A stretch of 64,000 bases of DNA from the human T2T-CHM13v2.0 reference genome, Homo sapiens. Position 1 is the first letter of the stretch. Each line of letters opens with the position of its first letter. The position numbers and the translations under genes were made by a program. The stretch lies in the NCBI RefSeq assembly GCF_009914755.1, contig NC_060925.1. One strand, 5' to 3'. Below, piece by piece: positions 55,404 to 64,000 of the stretch. Under the pieces are notes generated by a model that made no database searches, was not told the origin of the DNA, and worked only from the letters and a program-made list of their open reading frames with translations.

Positions 55404-55603
55404 CGAGCTTGTCCAACCAGACTTATTTTGTTATTGTTGTTCTGTTTTGTTTTGTTTTAGGCTTTTAGCAGACTGAAGCCATGGTTTTCAGTTTCTGTCT
55501 CTAGTGATAAGCAGAAAAGAGGGATGAGGAAAGGGCTTTACTGGCCCAACAAGAAACAGAAACTAAGAACGCATGACTGTATTCTCTCCCTTGGACGCCC
55601 CTG
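55404..55603 (-). mobile_element. MER30B-like (hAT-Charlie) element
   Basis: Termini cgagcttgtccaa..ttggacgcccctg; 200-bp body matches my recollection of MER30B. Confidence 0.75.
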
Positions 55604-57469
55604 CAAAATCTGTTTTTTCTAAAAAAACAGTTTGACTTTGTGAACCCAATTTATCTTAACTATCTGTTTGGCTTTACTCAGGATAATTGACTTCCTTTTT
55701 TCTCCTTTTCCTTATCATTGAAATGGGAATATTAGTGGTACCTATGTCAGAAAGTACATAGGAATTATGCAATAAGTTTTAACTACGTAATTATTATTAT
55801 GTTAACCAAACTAAAACACTTTTACTTTGTAATCTTCTTTATTTTCTTAACTACATTATAATTATTTTCCCTTATATGCAAGCATTCCTAGGTGACATCA
55901 TTTTAATGGCTGCAAAGTATTTCATTGTGTAGGTGTACTATAATCTCTTTTTACAAATCCCTGCTTGTTGGAGATTGCTTACATATTTTTTCATTTTATA
56001 AACTACACTGAGATGAACAACTTGTAGGTTGTTGTACACTATTTTTATTTGATTCCTTAGAATAAATTCATAGACATGGAATTGATTCAAGGAGAACTGG
56101 CTTACTGATATATTTTTCCAAATTGCCCAAATTGTCCTACAGAAAGATTGAATTAATTTGCACATTTCCTTCCTCTTAGTCCCAGAAATCTCATTTACTT
56201 TTAAAGACACTTTTTATATTATAGAATAATATCTTTAGAGAATGAGTCACAGGTAGTCAGTATGTTGGGACAGTGGAAGAAAAAGGAGAAATAATTCAGG
56301 TCGAAACTCATGAGGAAGTGGTCATGAAAAGAAGTCTGAGCTGAAGAATAAGTTTTGTGGGAAAGGAGAATGTGAAAAACACGTATAAATACCTTTGGAC
56401 TAACCAGGAAATAGGGAGTCTGGCACAGGTAGGGTGGATAGGATCTACACGTAGCTCTCAGATATGATAAAGTTTTTGGTAAGGATTATTAACACTGCAA
56501 CAGAATTTTATTTTAGCTAATTTTTAAATAATATTTTAAACTAGCTTATATAATAAAGAGATGCCACATTATTATGGTGAACCATATTCTGTGGTTTAAA
56601 TGATAACTTGTAAATGAGTGATATTTTAAATGTTTGTTAGTTGGGGTCTGTCTGCATTTCACTGTTTAAAGAAGAGACTCAAAGGGTTTTTCACATACTC
56701 TGGTGATTCCTTAGTTTAAATGTTGAATGATACACTCCTAACTCTTGGGAACTATATGCCCAGCATGTCTGAAAGTAGCATCTAATCCAGCAAATATCTC
56801 AGTACTAGATTTCTGAAAGTAAAAAAGTGAAATTTCAGTAACTCCTTTGGAACACAAAGGTCTAGTGCAACTTACATAATACAACAATGTGTGGTTTGCT
56901 TAATCTTAATGGTGCCTTTTGGGCAGCTGGTGGAGTCGCTACTATTGAGTATATTCATTAGCTCATTAGAAAAGAATGACATCACATGATGAGGGCACTT
57001 GTTCCAGGGTGTGAACCTGTCCCTGTATGCATCCTTCCTCTTTAAACCCCCATCCCTTCCACACCATACTCAACAACTGCACACACATAGGGCTTGATGA
57101 GTTGGTTGGCTTCATAATGCACTGGAGCAAGAGTAATCCATTTGGTATCAACAAAATGAGGAAGAGGATAAATACATGTTATCTAGAGGATTACTGGACT
57201 TTTATTAGTTCTTGAAGTGACTTCAGAACCAAATACCTAGATTCGACTTATAATAGATGCCTTATAAATGCTTATGGAATGAATATTTGCATAGGCCAAC
57301 TGTTTAGTTATGTAAGTCAGCAAAAAATTTAAAAAGACATTAAGTTCTATTTCAATGACCAATAAAAGAGAGGCAAGACATTTGATTATATCCTGCATGC
57401 TTTCTTTCTCACTGGCAATACAACCTGATGAGAATTTATCTACCTTAGCTAGTGAACAATGTCCTAACT

Positions 57470-57655
57470 AAAGGAGCTTGGGAATCACAGTGTAATTTTA
57501 GATGTTACAGATCTTATGCAGTCCCAGCTACGATACTAAATGGCTATTATCTTGGGCGAATCACCTTCCCTCTTGCTTTGGTTATTTTTTCTCCTATGAA
57601 AAGAACAAATTAGACTACACAATTTTTAAATTCTTTCCAGTTCTAACCTTCTGTA
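57470..57655 (+). mobile_element. MIR-family SINE
   Basis: atcttgggcgaatcaccttccctct..ttagactacacaatttttaaattctttccagttctaa. Confidence 0.55.
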
Positions 57656-57980
57656 TCTTTCTATAATAAAATATTTTTCTTATACCAATCAGAGGGAAAT
57701 GTGGAATAACTTCATCTAAAGCTCTACACTTTGGACAAATGCAAGATTTTTTTTTTTTTTTTTTTTTTTACTGTTAATGTATTTGACCCAAGATAACCAC
57801 CTTGGCTTAATCAAAAGTTCACATAAATCCTCCAACTGCTTCTTAGTGGTATGAAAATAGTACCCCATCCCCAATTCCAACATGCCAGATGTGTATCAGG
57901 ATGCCTAAACTGAAGCAGCCCAAGACTATTGTAATACTTCCAGCCTTACTTAACCTCTGTCATACTGCCATGCTCAAAGA

Positions 57981-58722
57981 TGTAACAAGGACCCAGCAGG
58001 GCAATTCTGACACTAACTACATGGAGTTAGTTCAAATTTCATAGATATATAGCAGAGTCCCCCACAAGACTGCCCTAACTTCAGACACCATCTGCAAGCT
58101 TGGGAGATTCCCAGCCACCTGAACTTCTGACAAACTGGCTACAAATTCAGGTTTCCCACTACCCTCTTGAATTTGATGATTTACTAGAATGACTTGTAGA
58201 ACTCAGGAAAGTACTATATTTACAATTTTATTATAGAGGATACAAATTAGGACCAGTCAAAAGAACAGACTCCTATGGTGAGGTCTGGGTGGGTCCCAAA
58301 CACTGAGCTTCCATGTCCTTAGGATGTTTCACCTCCTACTGTATTAATGGGTATCATCAGCCAGGGAAGATCATCTGAATTGTGGGAATCTAGGGTTTTT
58401 AATTACGTTTTGGTATGTAGGCATAATTGATTGAATAATTGATCATGTGATTGAACTCAGTCTCTAGAAGGTCAGGCTGATATCATGTGGTTCAAAGCCC
58501 TGACCCTCTAATCACATGGTTGGTCTTTCAAGTATGGCCAGTCCCCATCCTGAAATTATTTAGGGTCCCACAGTGAGTCACCACATTAACAGAAATTGAG
58601 ACTTGGTCCAAGGTGTCCACCAGAACTAATAAAGATACTCCTATCATTAAGGAAATTCCAAGGGCTTAGAGGCTCCCTTCCAGGAACCAGGGACAATGAC
58701 CAGTCAAACTCTTTATTACACA
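57981..58722 (-). mobile_element. MER21-like LTR
   Basis: caattctgacactaactac..cccacaagactgccctaacttcagacacca..aaggaaattccaaggg..ccaggaaccagggacaa..ttattacaca. Confidence 0.75.
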
Positions 58723-61122
58723 GTAAGACTTAAAAGTAGTAGCAGAATATTTTGTTTGTTTTAAAATCTTAGAAACTGTTCCAATTGGAAGTAGTCTTCT
58801 GGAATTAGCATATTCTTATATTACTAATTCTTCACATAATGATCGTACCAAGGAAACACAGTTGATTTTGGTTGATTGCTGAGACTGGTTTGTACTAGAC
58901 TTACAGTATGCCTTTAAAAACAAAAACAAACAAGTGAAAAAAAGGTCCTGCCCAACATTGCAAGAATTATACACAATTTATATTATTCACTGGGACTAAA
59001 AAATTATTGCTAGATCTTTATTTTAAAGTGGTCTCCTATTCAGCAATAGAAAATTGAAGATAATTAATGCTTTCTTTATGAGAGGCTGTGGAGTATGGGA
59101 TTGCTGTGGCATCAAATTCAACACACTGAGAGCTGAGATTTGATGCATTTCTAGAGATAGTGTTAAATGAGATCACTGGATCCTGCTAAACATGTTCTAG
59201 TGCTGTTGCCTTTTGCTGTATGTTTGGTGTCATTCATCAGCAGGGAATGGCTGAAATGTGAGGTGTAAATTGACAGAGTAGAGAGAACCTATACAGTTTT
59301 AACACCATAGCCACAGACATCCAGGCATCCTAACATTTTGTCCTAGATCTTCCTGAACCTGGACGGCAGGATGAGAACACTAGTGATTTTATTGGAATGA
59401 AGCCAAGACAAATAACCTTTTTTTGTGCTCTTTATAATATAGCTCTCAAGAATGAACAAATAAAAAGAATGGGGTCACCATATATATCATTGTTTAGCAA
59501 GTGACAAGTGACACAGTGAGCAATCCTTAGTCAGTGGCATGACAAGGAAATACTCAAGACAGACACTGACCTGTATTGTGAATGAGGTGCCTTGGTGAAG
59601 CAAAGGTTTGGGCCCAATAGTGAGTCAAGGAGCCATTTCAAAGATGGGCTACAGTCACTCATTAAAAGGGATAGAACACAACTGTGCTGATCGTAGAATT
59701 AACTGTGACTTGTCCATAAAATAGAGGGAGGATGCAATCTGTTTTATAGAAGGCATATCTTGCAGGGCCTTGTAGCTTTGTTAAGGATAGATGATAGTCA
59801 GCAGGCTGAAATTTTCTCTCTAGTGGACCACTTTGACACATTCTCAAGGTTTTATTTGTATACATTACCACAAGACATGGACTTCAGTTACAATGGCAGC
59901 AAATATAATACATGCTACTAACTATGAATTTTTAGGTAAGATGAAATGCTTCTTAAAAGATTGTTGGTCAGAAATCTGGAGATTGGTACTTTTTCTCAGA
60001 AAGAAAATCAGCTCAACCTAATGGCTGTATACTGCATTGTAACATTTATTTTTATTTAAAAGTTGGATTTTTATGATTTAAAAAAGTAATGTGAGTCTTC
60101 ATTTAAAAGTTTAAATGGCATAAAGACAGCAAGTTTTCATATAGTAGTAAAATTGTATGAATTTTAGACAATGATTGATGGCCTCTCTTGACTGTATCTT
60201 AAACAAAAGGACTTACTGCAATTTTTTCATTATCAGTGTTATGCAAATATACCAGTAAACGACTGCTTTCTGAGATCTTAGGGAAGTAATGATTAATGAA
60301 GTATAAAAATGTAATTGTAATTATATCACCTAAATTATGCCAAAGAGATACATTGGTGACATACTTATGCTAAAAAGAGAGAGAGAAAAAAAGACTCCCT
60401 CTCTCCCCAAATCTTACAACACATTAAATCTGTCTTCTGTTGCATGTTGAATATAACAGTATCAGGAACTAGATGAAAGTTGGTTATTCATTTATGATGA
60501 TGATGAGGCTGCTGAAGCAGTTGGTATAGTTTTGTGCATTACAGAGAATGTTGTATGCCAGTTAACAAATAGACAGCCACTATGTGCCCAGCACAGAGAG
60601 AAATGAGTCATGGTTTGTGACCTCCATGGATCCTAACATTTCTTCTCATTAATTCCTTCACTTGGTATTTACTGAATGCCAGTATGTACCAAATATTGAG
60701 CATGACACTGGGAATAAGGGTGTCCAGAAGACAAAATCTTTTTCTTGATGGAGTTGACGGTTTAATGGAGTCATGGCATAAGCTTCCGAAACAGTTGAAG
60801 GATGAGTAATACACAGAAAATTGTCAGGAGAAAATTATGTGGGGTATAACCATTGCACTAGATTGTTTTGTAGAGGAGACAGATTGGCACTGAACTTTGT
60901 GGCTAATATTTTAGACCATGAGATAGGAAATGTATTCAAAAGGCTGAAAATTACATGGGAGAGAGTAAATATGATCAGAGATTTAACCCATAGGCTGTTA
61001 CCTGGAGAATGCTTGGGTATACATTGACTTATAACTAAGAAAGATGAATTTCAATTTTCTGCTTAGGTATGCTGAAGAAAAATTAAAAGTGTAACTCCAG
61101 AGAAGTAAGTTCAGAAAGTTAG

Positions 61123-61150
61123 CAAAAAAAAAAAAAAAAAAAAAAAAAAA
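61123..61150. repeat. Poly(A) 28-mer
   Basis: Direct reading. Confidence 0.95.
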
Positions 61151-61519
61151 GCACAACACTCAAATTGTCTTATCCTTTTGACCAAACAACAAGATTGACT
61201 CAAGTGCCACCACTAAACTGAACTAATTTTAGTGAAATTGACTGGATCATCAGGAAGGGCTGATTTTTTGTCCCGACCAGAAGTATATATGGATTTTATC
61301 TTTAACTAGACTCATATTATGCTTTAGGGTTAAATAGACATTTATTATTAATTCTGGCTCAACTCTTTTCTGTGTGTTCCACGTGCCTTAATTTGTTGGT
61401 CTTCTAGTATCTTTGCATTTGGTCTGTAGGTTTAGATTGGCTTTTTCAAAGACAAATTTTCTCTAAAATGTATGGATATCTTTTATTTTTGAAAGGACAC
61501 TCTTCTCATTTAAAACTCC

Positions 61520-61865
61520 CATCAAATAAAATAGATAGATGCCGAGGCACAGGGAACCAACACATACATTCCAGTAAAGAGATAGGTCCCAAAACAGTGA
61601 ACCAACAAATGCATTTTAATACATAGTTAGATGTCCAGGCACAGTAAGCAACACATACAAATTTCAATAAATAAGTAGATGCCGAGGCACAGAAGACCAA
61701 CACATACATTTCAACAAGTAGATGGATGCTGAGACCGTGAACTAATACACACAGTTTCAATAAGCAGATAGAGGCTGAGGCACAGCGAACCAATGCACAC
61801 ATTTCAATAATGGATAGATGCCCAGGCACAAAAGACCTACACACATTTCAATAAGTAGATAGATG
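61520..61865. repeat. Degenerate tandem array, ~7.5 copies of a 44-48-bp unit
   Basis: Consensus about catttcaataagtagatagatgccgaggcacagtgaaccaacacata; units start at 61520, 61567, 61612, 61660, 61707, 61753, 61800, 61844. Confidence 0.9.
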
Positions 61866-62565
61866 AGAAAAAAATTCTCATTAAATAATTAATTATTGTA
61901 CCACAACTTTGAGAATGCTTTGAAAAATCTTTCCAAACTACTGTAGCAATAAACTAAATGGGCCAGTTGGAAATTTCTTGCTGGAAAAAACATAATGTGT
62001 TATAGGAGAGATGGTTTACTGAAACACCTAACTGGTATGGTCTGTTTTTGCTATTAAAACGACGTTGCCAGCGGTCAAATAAAGTAGCCTTTTATTCCTG
62101 AATCATTGTACCTCCAATATTACAACTAATTACTGGACTAGTTTTTTCTTTAATTCATAGATGGGATGCTAATAATTACTTCAGTCATGATATTTTAGAT
62201 AAACATTTTTTATTAGGATGAAAATGTCTTATGCATCTATTATTACCAATATTTGGAGCATAACTAATATTTTCTTAGTGTAACTATGTGTTTGATGTAG
62301 GTAATCATATCTGGAATGAGCCAGAGGTTTGAAGTAAAATGCCTCAAATTCCTTTTGTGCCAAAGTAAGGCATATATACAAATATAAGATTTTATAGATG
62401 TGTTTTCTTCTTCTAAGACTTTTAATTTGCCTACTGATTTTTTAATTTCCACCACTGCCAAGGAATAGAAATAATAAAATAAGGATAACTCTTGGGTGAA
62501 TACAAAAGTTTGGATTAAAAAAGTAAAAACAAAGTCCAAAAGGACATCTGAATATTAGTCTAAAG

Positions 62566-62875
62566 CAGGGGTCCCCAACCCCCAGGCCCAGGCCTTTTAG
62601 GAACTGGGCTGCACAGTAGGATGTGAGTGGCAGGTGAGCAAACATTACCACCTGAGTTCTGCCTCCTGTCAGATCAGAGGCGGCATTAGATTCTCATAGG
62701 AGCACAAACCCTACTGTGAACACATGGGAGGGATTTAGATTGCACGCTCCTTATGAGAATCTAATGCGTGATGATCTGAGGTGGAACAGTTTCATCCCCA
62801 AACCATCTCCACTGCCAAGGAAAAATTGTCTTCCATGAAACTGGTCTCTGGTGCCAAAAAGGTTGGGGACTGCTG
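62566..62875 (+). mobile_element. MER1B (hAT-Charlie) with perfect 8-bp TSD
   Basis: TIRs caggggtccccaacc..ggttggggactgctg; gtctaaag at 62558-62565 and 62876-62883. Confidence 0.92.
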
Positions 62876-63384
62876 GTCTAAAGAATAAGAGAAAAAGAAC
62901 TACTGAAATGAAAATCATGCCATTCATCATGGGACAGATAAGAAGGAAGATAAAAGGTACTGAGCATTGTTTTATTCCATCTATCACTATTAGTGAATCT
63001 ATTAGTGATACTTTTTTACAATTACCTTTTCATTCTGGGACAGATAGCTGTCCTCTGCACATTCATTGTTTTGACAGCCATCCTTCTGAAGGACACCTTG
63101 GTTATGTGGAGTTTAACTCATTTGATTTTCCTATTGGTTATATCTGTTGTTATGGGCACAGAAGATTTGGAGCAAAACATTTATTAGTACCAGTTCCTAC
63201 TTTTTTAAAAAGATGCTAGTAAAAATGTAATTTTAGAAATATTGGATGAGAGTGTGCTAGAATCAGCTTGAAAGACAACTAGACATAGGCAGATGGAACT
63301 AGAATCATAGAGAATTAAAAATGAGCTCTCCTGGTGCCATGGAGGCTAACACACAAATCCTTAGTCATCATCTCCAACTATTCA

Positions 63385-63575
63385 AATCTTGACTCCACCA
63401 TGTTTTTGTTTGGCTTGACCTAGAGCAAGTTAACCTCTCTGTACCTCAGCTTCATCTTAAAGTAGAGATAATACTGCTTCTCTCAGAGGTGTAGCAGGAT
63501 TAAATGAGATAATAGATGTAACATATTAAAACAGTGCCTGAAACATAGTAAGTACTCAATAAATGTTAGCTATTT
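63385..63575 (+). mobile_element. MIR SINE
   Basis: gcaagttaacctctctgtacctcagcttcatc..ggattaaatgagataat..acatagtaagtactcaataaatgttagctatt. Confidence 0.85.
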
Positions 63576-63614
63576 TTTAATCATCTTATTCATAAATATA
63601 ACATAGCACCACTG

Positions 63615-63810
63615 GGAATGGTGTAGTGGAAGACAGATTTGAAATCCAGATAGACTTGGGCTGAAATTTTGCCTTTGCCACTTACCAGCAGTGTGAACTT
63701 GGGCAAGTTAATGTGTCTGTGACTTGGCTTTCTTTTTGGCAATATCAGAAAGATAGCAACCACCTCTGGGGGTTTTAGGAGGATGAATTGGATTAAAATA
63801 TACAAAGTGA
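63615..63810 (+). mobile_element. MIR SINE
   Basis: ctttgccacttaccagcagtgtgaacttgggcaagttaat. Confidence 0.75.
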
Positions 63811-63849
63811 TAACATGACTTTTTCCTTCCCTTTCCTCCTTCCTTGAAG

Positions 63850-63876
63850 ACACATTGGGGTAAAGAAATTCCATGA
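63850..63876 (+). CDS. PTGFR: PTGFR alternative exon, coding part THWGKEIP* (3' end uncertain)
   Basis: Long pyrimidine tract ctttttccttccctttcctccttccttgaag|ACA CAT TGG GGT AAA GAA ATT CCA TGA; candidate donors at 63957 (gtatat) and 63980 (gtgggt); peptide matches a recalled FP variant. Confidence 0.7.
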   Translation, partial: THWGKEIP

Positions 63877-64000
63877 TCCCTCCTGTGCCTAAGCCACCCC
63901 AGTGGACCTGGTCTTCTTGCACCATCCCTGTGGCTGGAGGTTTGAGATACTGACAGGTATATTTGATGGCCAGAAGTAGGTGGGTCAAAGCTTCTTTAAA

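Noticed and set aside
61520-61865. CRISPR-like array
   Set aside because: Whole units are homologous with no unique spacers, there are no cas genes, and the context is a human intron.

Overview
Human (primate) genomic DNA containing the 5' part of PTGFR (prostaglandin F2-alpha receptor, FP) on the + strand. It includes a CpG-island promoter, non-coding exon 1 (ending 24080), a 1435-nt intron 1, coding exon 2 (25516-26385, codons 1-266, TM1-TM6) and about 37.6 kb of intron 2. The last coding exon lies beyond the window. Intron 2 holds four short cassette exons whose peptides match my recollection of reported truncated FP variants; two of them appear transposon-derived (MIR and MST-int). The rest is ordinary repeat-rich DNA (L1, L2, Alu, MIR, MaLR/ERVL LTRs, hAT/Tigger elements, microsatellites). 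The most notable structures are: (i) an MST retroelement nested head-to-head in a sister element, giving a ~2.4-kb-per-arm inverted repeat that contains one alternative exon; (ii) a strong-Kozak uORF in frame with the receptor and separated from it by a single UGA-C; (iii) a full-length sense L1PA8-like element ~1.1 kb upstream of the promoter, with a chimeric internal insertion/deletion; (iv) a twin-primed 5'-inverted L1; (v) a degenerate ~47-bp array with 140-bp periodicity. I see no evidence of a CRISPR-like or otherwise new multi-gene system. Repeat family names are from recall of consensus sequences and need RepeatMasker/Dfam confirmation.
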